The position numbers and the translations under genes are program-made. Below are positions 51,295 to 62,600 of a stretch of 64,000 nucleotides of DNA, one piece after another (positions within the stretch are counted from its first letter, which is position 1; each line of letters begins with the position of its first letter). The notes under the pieces are model-generated. The model had not been told where the DNA came from. It saw only the letters and a program-made list of their open reading frames with translations, and did no database searches. This DNA comes from Candidatus Eiseniibacteriota bacterium (GTDB lineage Bacteria; Eisenbacteria; RBG-16-71-46; CAIMUX01; VGJL01), in NCBI GenBank assembly GCA_963792585.1, contig CAWBWI010000003.1, forward strand, positions 448,001 through 512,000, given 5' to 3'.

Positions 51295-53181
51295 CTACTT
51301 CAGCAGGACCATCCTCCCGAATGGGCCGGAGCGCTCCGCGCCCGTCCGGGGATCGATGATGCCGAGGCGGTAGAGATAGATGCCGGCCGCCCAGTTCGTT
51401 CCATCGAACGAAGCGGTGTGCTCGCCCGCCGGCCTCAGGCCGATCTCTTCTTTTGCCACCAAGCGCCCCTGCACGTCGAAGATCTCCAGGTGGACATCGC
51501 TCGCCTGTGCGAGGGAGTACCGAATGGACGTGGACCCCTCGAAGGGGTTCGGATGCGCGTCACCGACCAGCAGAGGCTTCACGGACGGTTCGGCCACGTC
51601 CGCTACGAACAGGTTCGGATCGAGGTACACCCAGGCGGGGCAGCAGTAGCCCTCGTGCTCGCGGAACCACCAGGTCTTCGTGCCGTAGCTGTCGCTTGGA
51701 GGATCGAAGGAGTCGCCGTCCAGCAGGTCGACTCCAAGGAACATGGACCCGTCGCCCAGGTTCACCGGATATCCGAGTCTGGTCAGATCGACGGTCATCT
51801 CCGCCTGGTACCCGACATCGGGAGAGGTTCCCAAGGTGTCGACGGTCGTCCCGGGCTTGAGGTAGAGGGCGACCTGCGCCCCGCCCTCCTGCACGAGGGT
51901 CGCGAGGTAGTCTTGAGGAAGCGCCGTCCCGTCCTGGTTGACCTGGAACGTGAGCCGGCGCCCCAGCAGGACATGATCGGGGCTCCGCTGGACCACATCG
52001 TTGAGGCTTACGATGAAGCCGTCCCACCGGTCCACGTTCGCGTGGTACTGCACCACCTCGTCCCGAACGTCGAAGCCCATGTAGAGGGTGTTGCCCTTGA
52101 AGAACATCTTCACCGTGGCGTTACCCGGATCGAGCACCGCCGCCAGGCCGCCGTTGACGGTCGGCTGGTACTGCCCCGCGCGCCACGGACCGACGCCGGG
52201 ATAGGTTTGCCGCAGGGCGGCGTCCCCGAAGCGGATATCGAAGCCGCGGATGCGCGACCAGATCTGGTCGTCCAGGCGCCCGTTGATGACCGGTGTGGTC
52301 TCGTTCGCGCCGTTCGGGATCCGGACTTCGGGGCCGATGACCGGAAGTTGATTGTAGAGACCCACGCTCGGCTTCGCGAAGACGTGGACCTCGTCGTACC
52401 ACATCGCGTTGCCCCAGGGGCTCTGCCACCACACGCGGTTGGAGCTCATGCTGGCCTGGAAGGGCCAGAACCAGTCGCAGTCGTAGATCGAGATGTTCCA
52501 CTCGATGATGTCGCCGTCCGTCTTGGTGACGTCGTAGCCCATCGGCGTGAGGTTGAAGCGCATCTCGACCGTGTAGCCGGTGTCGGGAACGCCGTCGTTG
52601 TTCGACTGGCCGTGGACGACGGTCACCGCGTCCCACGCGTCGATCTGTTCCGGCGTCCGCGGGGTACCCGGAGGCCACGTCGCCCAGCGCCCGACGAAGG
52701 CGGGAGACTGTCCGGGCGGCTGAGGATCGTCCAACGTCGGATACCACCAAAGGTAGACGTACTCCGAAGGCGGCTTCGGGGCGTACGCATCCGCGTGGTC
52801 CTTGAGCGCCATGATGAATCCATCGAATCGATTGAAGTCTTTCGAGCCTCCGACCGACTTGTCCCGGACCACGGCGCCGAGGTACATCTGGTTGCCGTGG
52901 ACCAGGAGTTTCAATGTCGCATAGGTCGAGTCGGATGGGTTCGCCCCCGCCTCGCCCTTCCACCCGCTGCCGGGGATCCCCGCATCGAGGGGGTAGCGGA
53001 CGATCATCGACTCGGCAAACGCCCAGGCAGGCTCGGACAGGATCCCATTCAAGGTGATCGTGCCCCCATCGGTCGCGTTTCGGGCCCAGATGGTATCCTT
53101 CCGCGGCGCCTCGCCGAGCGCCGGCGAAACGGCACCAATCGCCAATCCGACCAGCACGACGGTCAACAATCCTGCTCTCAT
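51295..53181 (-). CDS. Secreted tandem CBM9/DOMON-like sugar-binding protein with T9SS-like CTD
   Basis: Two units beginning I(T/N).(N)G.L.(E/D)..W, each with (M/L)Y.G..VRD, DGFI and GY..EM. C-terminal HPNPF...IFDVQGRLV...AGIY.Y. Confidence 0.7.
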   Translation of the reverse strand: MRAGLLTVVLVGLAIGAVSPALGEAPRKDTIWARNATDGGTITLNGILSEPAWAFAESMIVRYPLDAGIPGSGWKGEAGANPSDSTYATLKLLVHGNQMYLGAVVRDKSVGGSKDFNRFDGFIMALKDHADAYAPKPPSEYVYLWWYPTLDDPQPPGQSPAFVGRWATWPPGTPRTPEQIDAWDAVTVVHGQSNNDGVPDTGYTVEMRFNLTPMGYDVTKTDGDIIEWNISIYDCDWFWPFQASMSSNRVWWQSPWGNAMWYDEVHVFAKPSVGLYNQLPVIGPEVRIPNGANETTPVINGRLDDQIWSRIRGFDIRFGDAALRQTYPGVGPWRAGQYQPTVNGGLAAVLDPGNATVKMFFKGNTLYMGFDVRDEVVQYHANVDRWDGFIVSLNDVVQRSPDHVLLGRRLTFQVNQDGTALPQDYLATLVQEGGAQVALYLKPGTTVDTLGTSPDVGYQAEMTVDLTRLGYPVNLGDGSMFLGVDLLDGDSFDPPSDSYGTKTWWFREHEGYCCPAWVYLDPNLFVADVAEPSVKPLLVGDAHPNPFEGSTSIRYSLAQASDVHLEIFDVQGRLVAKEEIGLRPAGEHTASFDGTNWAAGIYLYRLGIIDPRTGAERSGPFGRMVLLK

Positions 53182-53306
53182 GGTGGGCTCCTCCTACAGG
53201 CTCGTAGATCTATACGAGGCTGCGGTCCGAGCCGGGCATCCGCTCCGGCTCCTCCGTTGCGGTGATTTCATCCACGGTTGATCGGTATCCATGACTCTCA
53301 TCCACG

Positions 53307-54440
53307 TCACTCCCCTGTCCGTCTCGCGGTGCCGCTCGCGGGTGCCCTGGCTGGTGGGGCCGCAGGGTGGGGATAGGGCTCATCAGGCGGCGTTTCCGGA
53401 TTCCGCAGCCGGTGCCGGGGACGCAGGTCCATCTCTCTCGGCTCCGTGGATCCGCAGGAGTTCCGCACGACGAGGCGAGCCGGAAGCACCTCCTGCGTCT
53501 GCCGGGCCGGATGTCCCGGCTGGGTCGCCATCAGCCACTGACGAACGGCGTGCTCTCCCAGCTCATAAGCATCCACGCGGACGGTCGTGAGCGGCGGGTT
53601 CAGATATCGGGCGATCGCGATATCGTCGAATCCGGTCACGGCGATGTCCTGCGGCACGCGAAGTCCGGCCTCTCCCAGGGCGCTCATGAGACCCACGGCC
53701 ATGTAGTCGTTGGCCGCAAAGACGGCCGTCGGCCGGGGAAGGCACCGGAGGATCTGTTTGGCGCAGCGATAACCGGAGGACTCGGTGAAGTCCCCCTGAA
53801 GCTCGAGAACGGGTGACGTCTCCTTGCCCGCCTCCTGCAGGGCGGCCCGAAAGCCGCGCAATCTCTCCTCCGCGTCGATGTTCCCCGACGGACCCTTGAT
53901 GGTGGCGATCGACCGGTGGCCGATCTTGAGGAGGTGCCTGACCATGCCGTACGCGCCGTCGAAGTTCGCGATCGAGATCGTGCTGCAGGTGGCGACGTCG
54001 AACCGAGGGTTCAGTAGCACCACGGGGAAGTTCCCCGTCATCTGGCTGATGGCGGCCGCCGTTGCCTCGTCCGGAGCCATCACGATCAGTCCGTCGACCC
54101 GACCGCGGAGGGACCGGGCGACCAGGACCAGAGCGTTCGTGTCGGCATGGGAACTCGAGACCAGGATCTGAAAGTGCTCCTGACGGGCGGCGTGGTCGAT
54201 CCCGCGGATCACTTCGGAGAAGAACTCGCCATATAGATCCGGAAGGAGGACGCCCAAGGTGTGCGTTCGGCTGGTTGTGAGGCTTCGCGCCGCTTCATTG
54301 GGCCAGTAGTCGAGTCGCGAGGCCGCAGTCCGAACGCGCTCACAGGTTGCGTCGGTCACGCGCGTGCTTCCATTGAATACGCGCGAGACCGTTGCGATAG
54401 AGACACCTGCGGCCCGAGCAACGTCGCGGATCGTCGTCAC
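53307..54440 (-). CDS. LacI family transcriptional regulator
   Basis: TIRDVARAAGVSIATVSRV, NDYMA, GFDD, PPLTTV. Confidence 0.95.
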   Translation of the reverse strand: MTTIRDVARAAGVSIATVSRVFNGSTRVTDATCERVRTAASRLDYWPNEAARSLTTSRTHTLGVLLPDLYGEFFSEVIRGIDHAARQEHFQILVSSSHADTNALVLVARSLRGRVDGLIVMAPDEATAAAISQMTGNFPVVLLNPRFDVATCSTISIANFDGAYGMVRHLLKIGHRSIATIKGPSGNIDAEERLRGFRAALQEAGKETSPVLELQGDFTESSGYRCAKQILRCLPRPTAVFAANDYMAVGLMSALGEAGLRVPQDIAVTGFDDIAIARYLNPPLTTVRVDAYELGEHAVRQWLMATQPGHPARQTQEVLPARLVVRNSCGSTEPREMDLRPRHRLRNPETPPDEPYPHPAAPPARAPASGTARRTGE

Positions 54441-54506
54441 GAACGACTCCTACGAGAGGAAACCCAGTAGATCCCGACCTACGGTCCTGTGCCCCCCCCG
54501 GAAGCA

Positions 54507-54524
54507 CGTGTAAACGGTTACATG
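54507..54524. promoter_or_regulatory. LacI-type operator
   Basis: Near-palindrome TGTAAACGGTTACA (54509-54522) with the central CG typical of LacI sites. It lies just downstream of a minus-strand TTGACT (-35-like, 54538-54543). Confidence 0.7.
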
Positions 54525-55103
54525 AATTCGCCGAAAAGTCAAGGCATCATTGCGATTCCGGGTGAGGATGATAACCATTTCTGATTCTTCTTATACGGCA
54601 TAGTACGCGCATTCCTGCACTGGGCATATCTATCTGAATATTATATAAGGGGTTATGCGAGAGCAGCTCCTGCCTCGATGTCCTTGACAGGGTGGTCTCG
54701 CGGTTGGAGTTCCGTCCACCCGTTTTCGCCCGCGACCCGCGACCCGCAGATCGATGAAGCGCAAGGAGGTTCATTCGCGATGACGCCCCGTGGGGACTGC
54801 GGCAAGGGCGATGCCGCGCGGACGGGATCCGCCACCCGAGACGCGGGAAGCGACGGAGCCGAGCGCTCCACGGTCGGGTCGTCGACCTCGATGCGGATAC
54901 CGCGCCGCCGGCGAATCCTCTAAGCAACGCGCCCGCGGTGATCGAGAGCCAGGCTCCCGATCGCCACGGCGCGAGAAGGCGGATCGGGCGCTTCGAGCCG
55001 TGGTCGGATTGTGATCCCATCGGCCAGCGTGTATGCTGCCGCGATGTCGATGAGAGACTCGATCGGCGATGTGGCGCTGTTTCACGAAACGGTCGGTCCG
55101 GAA

Positions 55104-56588
55104 GTGAATCGGACGCCTCTCACGGTGCGGAGCGCACCCCGCCCTCCCGCACGAACATCCATTCGATTCGTCTGCTCCGTCTTGTTCACTTTCCTTGTAC
55201 TTTCAGGTTGTCACGCACGCCCCGCACTGCCGCCCGCCCCGACGCAACTCACGCTTCGCGAAACGGCATTTCTCGACTCTCTGGAGCAGCGGACGTTCCA
55301 CTATTTCTGGGACCTGAGCGATTCGACGACCGGGTTGACGCCCGATCGGTGGCCGACCCGTTCCTTTGTCAGCGTCGGCGCGATCGGCTTCGCGCTGACG
55401 GCCTACCCGATCGGTGCGGAACGTGGGTATGTGACCCGCGAGGCGGCCGCCGCGCGCGTTCTCACCACGCTTCGTTTCCTCTGGACGGCGCCCCAGGACT
55501 CGTCCGTCGCCGGGAGCACCGGCTACCGCGGTTTCTACTACCACTTCCTCGAACCGGAGACCGGTCATCGATTTCGGGACGTCGAACTCTCGACGATGGA
55601 TACCGCCCTTCTCGTCGCGGGTGCGCTGTTCTGCCAGAGCTACTTCGATCGAACGAGCGCCCGGGAGGACAGCATTCGCGTCCTCGCGGGAGCGATCTAC
55701 GATCGCGTCGACTGGCGGTGGGCCCAGGTCCGGCCGCCGACCATCGCCCTCGCCTGGACGCCGGAGAGAGGATTCCCGCCATACGATTGGCGGGGCTACA
55801 ACGAGGCGCTGATCCTGCACCTCCTCGCGCTCGGTTCGACGACGCACCCCGTGTCCCGCGATGTCTGGCCGGCCTGGGTATCCGGTTACCGGTGGGGGAC
55901 CTTCGAGGGCCAAGAGCATCTCGGCTTCGCGCCCCTCTTCGGACATCAGTACACGCACGGGTGGATCGACTTCCGCGGGATCCAGGACGCGTACATGACG
56001 CAGCGGGGGATCGACTACTTCGAGAACTCGCGGCGGGCGACGTACGCGCAACAGGCATACGCGATCCGGAACCCACTTCGCCTTGCCGGCTACGGGGAAC
56101 TCTGCTGGGGGCTCACGGCCTGCGACGGCCCGGTGGACGGCTCGTATCCGATCAATGGCCGCTCCCGCGATTTCCACACGTACTGGGCGCGGGGAGCCTC
56201 GTTCACCGAGGTCAACGATGACGGTACGATCTCCCCATCCGCCGCCGGCGGGTCGATCGCCTTCGCTCCGGAGATCGTCATTCCCACCCTCATGTCCATG
56301 CGCGACACCTTCGGGGAGCGCCTCTTCTCGACCTACGGATTCGTCGATGCCTTCAACCCCACGCTGAAGCTACCGGTCGACGTTCAGCACGGCGTCGTCG
56401 ATCCGGTCCTCGGATGGTTCGACACGGACTACCTCGGGATCGACGAGGGACCGATCCTCATCATGATCGAGAACTTCCGAACCGGACTGGTATGGAACAC
56501 CATGCGCCGTAATCCCAACATCGTCCGGGGGCTTCGGGCCGCCGGCTTCCGCGGCGGGTGGCTCGACCAGCCGGTGGCGCCACGATGA
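55104..56588 (+). CDS. GH144-type endo-beta-1,2-glucanase-like lipoprotein; start uncertain
   Basis: Lipobox LSGC; GFYYHFL, ELSTMDTALL, GYNEA, PLFGHQY.H.WIDFR, YFENSRRAT, WGLTACDGP, DDGTI, DYLGIDEGP. Confidence 0.88.
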   Translation: MNRTPLTVRSAPRPPARTSIRFVCSVLFTFLVLSGCHARPALPPAPTQLTLRETAFLDSLEQRTFHYFWDLSDSTTGLTPDRWPTRSFVSVGAIGFALTAYPIGAERGYVTREAAAARVLTTLRFLWTAPQDSSVAGSTGYRGFYYHFLEPETGHRFRDVELSTMDTALLVAGALFCQSYFDRTSAREDSIRVLAGAIYDRVDWRWAQVRPPTIALAWTPERGFPPYDWRGYNEALILHLLALGSTTHPVSRDVWPAWVSGYRWGTFEGQEHLGFAPLFGHQYTHGWIDFRGIQDAYMTQRGIDYFENSRRATYAQQAYAIRNPLRLAGYGELCWGLTACDGPVDGSYPINGRSRDFHTYWARGASFTEVNDDGTISPSAAGGSIAFAPEIVIPTLMSMRDTFGERLFSTYGFVDAFNPTLKLPVDVQHGVVDPVLGWFDTDYLGIDEGPILIMIENFRTGLVWNTMRRNPNIVRGLRAAGFRGGWLDQPVAPR

Positions 56589-57909
56589 AGGTGCAGGGAG
56601 GGCGCGCCGCGATCCTCTGCGCGGTGGCGCTCGCCCTTCTCGTCGGCGGACCGGCGGGCTGCAATGGACCGACGCGCGGCGCGCCGACCACCTTGCGGTT
56701 CTGGGCGATGGGGCGCGAGGGCGAAGTGGTCCAGGAGCTGCTCGCGGACTTCGAGCGCGAGAATCCGGACATTCGCGTGCGGGTCCAGCAAATCCCCTGG
56801 TCGGCCGCGCACGAGAAACTGCTGACCGCCTATGTCGGTCGCTCGACCCCCGATCTGGCCCAACTCGGCAACACGTGGATCTCGGAGTTCTCCGCCCTTC
56901 GCGCCCTGGAACCGCTCGACACCTGGGTCGCCTCGTCCCGGCCGATCGATCGAAACGACTTCTTCCCGGGCATCTGGGACACGAATGTCATCGACGGCGT
57001 CACCTATGGCGTGCCTTGGTACGTCGACACGCGCGTTCTCTTCTACCGCAAGGACGCCCTCGTGCGCGCGGGCTATGCGGAGATGCCGCAGAGATGGGAT
57101 GACTGGCGGACGGCGATGGAAAAGGTCAAGGCAGTCGTCGGTCCGGACCGATATGCGATCTTCCTTCCGCTCAACGAATGGAATCCCCTCGCCATACTGG
57201 GACTTCAGGCCGGTTCGCCTCTTCTTTCGGACGACGCGACGCGCGGCGCCTTCCGAACGGCCGCATTTCGCCGGGCGTTCGGTTTCTATCTGGATCTATT
57301 CGGAGACCGGCTCGCGCCGTCGGTGAGCAACAACGAGATCGCGAATGTCTATCAGGAATTCGGACGGGGTCTGTTCGCGATGTACATTACCGGTCCATGG
57401 AACGTCGGCGAGTTCGGCCGGCGGCTCCCCGCGGAACTCCAGGACGCCTGGGAGACGGCGCCCCTCCCGGGTCCCGAAGGAGCCGAGTCCGGGATCTCCC
57501 TCGCGGGCGGGTCGAGTCTCGTCGTCTTCCGCGGGTCGCGAACACAAGGAGGCGGCGTGGCGGGTCATCGCGTTCCTGTCCCGGCCGGAACAGCAGGTGA
57601 AGTTCAATCACCTGACGGGCGATCTACCCGCGCGCCGGGCGGCGTGGCAGGATGACGCGCTGGCCCGGGATCCGCACATACGGGCGTTTCGAACGCAGCT
57701 CGAGCGCGTCGTGTCGACCCCGAAGGTGCCGGAGTGGGAGTTGATCGCCACCCGGTTGCAGGAGCGCGCGGAGTCGGCGGTACGCGGGGCGGCGATTCCG
57801 GAGTCCGCGCTCGCCTCTCTCGATCGCGACGTCGACAGGATCCTCGAGAAACGCCGCTGGTTGATCGAACGTGAGAGGCGAAAGCTCCGACCCGGAGGCC
57901 GACCGGTGA
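56585..57909 (+). CDS. Sugar ABC transporter substrate-binding lipoprotein; frameshifted
   Basis: PAGC lipobox; LRFWAMGREGEVV, QQIPW.AAHEKLLT, VPWYVDTR, GGSSL. Confidence 0.85.
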
Positions 57910-58798
57910 GGAACTCGATCGAGAAGCGCGAGACGCGGGCGGCCTGGCTCTTCCTCGCCCCGGCGCTGATCCTCTTCGGCGTCTTCTTCCTCGTGCCGGT
58001 GCTCGTCGGTCTCTTCCTGAGTTTCACCGATTTCGACATCTACGCGATCGCCGCGCCGGCGACGGCCCGGTTCGTGGGTCTGCGCAACTATTTTCAGGTC
58101 CTGTCGAACCCCGTCTTCTGGACAGCGCTGAAGAACACCCTCTACTTCGTCGTCGTCGGCGGACCGCTGTCCGTCGTCGTCTCTCTCGGCGCAGCGCTGC
58201 TCGTCAACGCGCGCCTCGTCCGCTACAAGGCGGTCTTCCGAACAATCTTCTTCGCGCCGGTCGTGACGACCCTGGTGGCCGTGGCGATCGTCTGGCGCTA
58301 CCTCTACCACCCGCATTACGGCCTGCTGAATCAGGCTCTCGGCGTCGTCGGGATCGGGCCGATCGACTGGCTCGGCGATCCTCACTGGGCGATGCCGGCG
58401 ATCATCCTGCTCGCGGTGTGGAAGAACTTCGGCTACAACATGCTGATCTTCGTCGCGGGACTGCAGAGCATTCCCGAATGAGCACTACGAGGCGGCCGCG
58501 ATCGACGGGGCGGGCGCGTGGGGTCAGTTCCGCCACGTCACCCTGCCCGGACTCGGCCCGACGTTCCTCTTCGTCGGGGTGACGACGATGATCGGCTACT
58601 TCCAGCTCTTCGCCGAGCCGTACGTGATGACGCAGGGCGGCCCGCTCAGGAGCACGACGAGCATCGTCCTCCTGATGTACGAAGAGGGATTCCGGTGGTG
58701 GCGAATGGGGATGGCCTCGGCGATCGCCTTCCTCCTGCTCGGGATCACGCTCGTCGGGACGCTCGTGCAGATGCGGCTGCAGAGGGAGCGGTCGATGA
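57906..58798 (+). CDS. Carbohydrate ABC transporter permease 1; frameshifted
   Basis: AWLFLAPAL, FVGLRNY, WKNFGYNM..F.AGLQ.IP..YEAA.IDGA. Confidence 0.85.
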
Positions 58799-59620
58799 GG
58801 CGCCGGCATACGCGTTCCGTCCTGCTGCACGCGGCGCTCGTCGGGGCGGCGTGATCACCCTCACGCCGTTCGTCTGGATGATCGCCGCGTCCTTCATGCG
58901 GCCGGGGGAGGCGAATGCCATCCCGCCGCACCTGCTGCCGCACAAGGCGACGCTCGAGCACTACGTCGCCCTCTTCACGCGCCTGGACCTTGCCCGGCAT
59001 TTCGTGAACAGCGCGGTCATCACGGTCACCGCGACGATTCTGTCGCTCCTGATCAACGCGATGGCCGGCTACGCGTTCGCGAAGCTGCGCTTCGGCGGGC
59101 GCGAGCGCATCTTCCGCTCCTTGATGCTGGCGCTCGTCATCCCCGCGCAGGTGGGCATGCTGCCGCTGTTCCTGCTCCTGCGCGAGATGGGCTTCGTCAA
59201 CACCTACGTGGGCGTGATGATCCCGTACCTGTCGAGCGTGCTCGGCATCTTCATGATCCGGCAGTACGTCCTCGGCGTTCCCGACGAGCTGCTGGACGCC
59301 GCGCGGGTCGACGGCGCCGGGGAGTTCCGGATCTTCTGGACGATCGTGGTGCCGGTCGTCGAAGCCGATCCTGGTCACGCTCGCGGCCTTCACGTTCCTG
59401 AGCGCCTGGAACGACTTCATGTGGCCGCTGATCGTGCTGAGCGACAATCGCGAAGTACACGCTGCCCGTCGCGCTCGCCAACCTGGTCGGCGAGCACGTG
59501 CAGGACACCGAGTTGATGATGGCGGGGTCGGTGCTGACGTTGCTGCCGGTCATGATCGTCTTCCTGTTCTTCCAGAGGGCCTACATCCGGGGGATCATGT
59601 CGGGGAGCGTCAAGGGCTGA
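58795..59620 (+). CDS. Carbohydrate ABC transporter permease 2; frameshifted
   Basis: NS...AMAGYAFAKLRF.GR, PDELLDAARVDGA, WNDFMWPL, GIMSGSVKG. Confidence 0.85.
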
Positions 59621-59627
59621 GGCGCGG

Positions 59628-62600
59628 ATGATCGAGCGTTGGGTCATCGGGTGTCTCCTGGCGCTGGCCGCCGTGGCCACACCGGTCTCGGCGACGATGA
59701 TCGATGACTTCGCCACCACGAACGGCTGGACGCCGAATCCGGCGGATGGCGTGGAGCTGGACATCCGCCCGGATTCCGGCGCGATGCGCCTCGACTTCCG
59801 CTTCACGAAGGGGAGCGGCTACGCGGTCGCCCACAAGGACCTCTCCCTCGACCTTTCCGACAACTATGCGTTCACCTTCAGGATCCGGGGCGAGAGCCCG
59901 CCGAACCATCTCGAGTTCAAGTTGATCGACGCGACCGGTGAGAATGTCTGGTGGTGCGTTCGTCGGGACGTCCAGTTTCCCAGCCGCTGGGAGACCTTCA
60001 AGATCAAGAAGCGACAGATCGGATTCGCGTGGGGTCCGCTGGGCGGTGGGGAGATCGCGCGACGTGGCGGCCATCGAATTCGCGATCACCGCCGGCGCGG
60101 GCGGGACGGGATCGGTCTGGATCGACGATCTGGAAGTGACGCCGCTGCCTCCCGCCGCGGCTGCGCCGCCCGCACCGACGGCGACGGCGACGTCCCACGC
60201 GGAGGGCGGGGATCCACGGTTCGCGGTGGACGGCGATTCGACGACGGCGTGGGTGAGCGCGGCGCGGGGATACCCTGCCCGCCCTCCGTCTGGACCTGGA
60301 GATCGAGCGGGAATACGGAGGACTGGTCGTGGATTGGGGGCGCGACCGGGGGGCCGGAGCCTATGTGGTGGAGGCGTCGGTCGACGGAGACGACTGGCGG
60401 ATCCTCCGTGAGGTACGCGACGGCAACGGTGGGCGCGACTACCACTTCCTGCCGGAGACCGAGTCCCGCCACCTACGAATCCGCGTTCTGAAGGAGGCGG
60501 GTTCCTCGGGGTGCGGTTGCGATCGACGGGGTGACCTTGGAGCCGCTGGCGTGGGGCGCAACGCAGGAGAGCTTCTTCGCCGCGATCGCCAAGGACGCGC
60601 CCCGCGGCTGCTACCCGCGGTCGATCGCGGGCGAGCGAATCGCCTGGACCGTTCTCGGGGACGATGCGGGCGGATCGCGAGGAAGGACTGCTGAGCGAAG
60701 ACGGGGCGCTCGAGACCGGGAAGGCGTCTTACTCGATCGAACCGTTCCTCTTCGCGGGCGGCCGCCTCATCACCTGGAATGACGTAGCCACCGTCCGCTC
60801 CCTTGCGGAGGGCGGGATGCCGATCCCCACGGTTGCGTGGATGCGGGAGGATGTCGAACTCCGGATCACTGCGTTCGCTGTCGACGGCGGCACCGCGCTT
60901 CACCTGATCGGGCGCGACGGGGACGGCACGACGAGCGGAGGCGTCCTCGTCGCCCGTTACTCCGTGCGCAATCCGCAGAGCACGCCGCTCAAGGCGACGC
61001 TCTATCTTGCCGTGCGGCCCTTCCAGGTGAATCCACCCACGCAGTTCCTCAACACCGCCGGGCGGCACGGCCGCCGTCCGGGATCTCGAACGGGTTGGAC
61101 CGGTGATCCGCGTCAACGGCGATCGCGGCCTCGTGAGCATGACGCCCATCGACGCTTTCGGCGCCTCGACCTTCGACGCGGGTGACGTCGTTACCGACTA
61201 CCTGCGCTCCGGGCGCCTGCCGGAGCGGGCGAGCGTGAGCGATCCGTTCGGACGGGCATCGGGCGCCCTCGCATACGAAATCGATCTGCCGCCGGGGGGA
61301 GAGCGGGAGATCGCCCTCATCGTCCCGCTGCACGAGCCGCCGCAAGCGCCGGCGATCTCAGGCTGGGATCATCTCGCCGGCCGCAAGCGGAGACGCGCTG
61401 CCGTGACCGTTGGCTCGCGCATCGACGGGGCATCGAGATCTCCGTGCCCGAATCCGCGCGGGATCTATTCGACACCATGTGGGCGCAACTCGCCTACATC
61501 CTCATCAACCGCGACGGCGCCGCCATCCAGCCCGGCTCGCGCTCCTACGAGCGCTCCTGGATCCGGGACGGCGCCCTGACGTCTTCGGCGCTCCTGCGCC
61601 TCGGGCACCCCGAGATCGTTCGGGCGTTCATCGAGTGGTTCGCGCCGAACCAGTACGCGAACGGCAAGATCCCGTGCGTCGTCGACACGCGGGGTCCGGA
61701 TCCGGTGCCCGAGCACGACAGCAGCGGCGAGTTCATCTACCTCGTCGCGGAGTACGACCGCTACGTTCACGATCGGCCGTTTCTGGAGAGCATGTGGCCC
61801 CGCGTGGATCGTGCGGCCGCCTATCTCGACTCGCTGCGCGGAACGCGCCGGACTCCGGAGTACCTCGGGCCGGACACGAAGCGCTTCTATGGACTGCTGC
61901 CCCCATCGATCAGCCACGAGGGGTACTCGGCCAAGCCGATGCACTCCTACTGGGACGATCTCTTCGCGCTGCGCGGGTTCAAGGACGCGGTCTACGTGGC
62001 GGGGACGCTCGGCCTGGAGCGCGATCGGGCGCGTCTGGAAGCGATTCGCGATGAGTTCGCGCGCGATCTCTCCGCGTCGATCGAGGCCGCCATCGCCTAC
62101 CACGGGATCGACTACATGCCGGGATGCGCCGATCTCGGGGACTTCGATGCGACCTCGACGACGATCGCGCTCGATCCGGTCGGCGCGCAGGGGGTCGTTC
62201 CCGGCGCGGCGCTGCGGCGGACGTTCGAGCGCTACTGGGAGTTCTTCACCGGCAGGCGCGACGGGCCCCAGACTTGGGAGGCGTTCACGCCGTACGAGAT
62301 CCGCAACGTCGGCGCCTTCGTGGAACTGGGATGGCGCGACCGGGCGCAGGATCTCCTGCGTTTCTTCCTCGATCACCGGGATCCCCCCGCCTGGAAGCAG
62401 TGGGCGGAGGTAGTCTGGCGGGAACCGCGGCTGCCGCGTTTCATCGGCGATCTTCCCCACACATGGGTGGGATCCGACTATGTCCGGTCAGTATTGGACA
62501 TGCTGGCGTACGAGCGGGACGCGGACGGCGCCCTCGTTCTCGGGGCGGGGATTCCGTATGCCTGGCTGAGCGAGGGCGACGGCGTTCGTCTGCGCAATCT

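Noticed and set aside
57345..58481. Apparent SBP-permease fusion ORF
   Set aside because: GGAGG plus an overlapping GTGA at 57906-57909 indicates two genes. The fusion is explained by an indel in an error-prone block.
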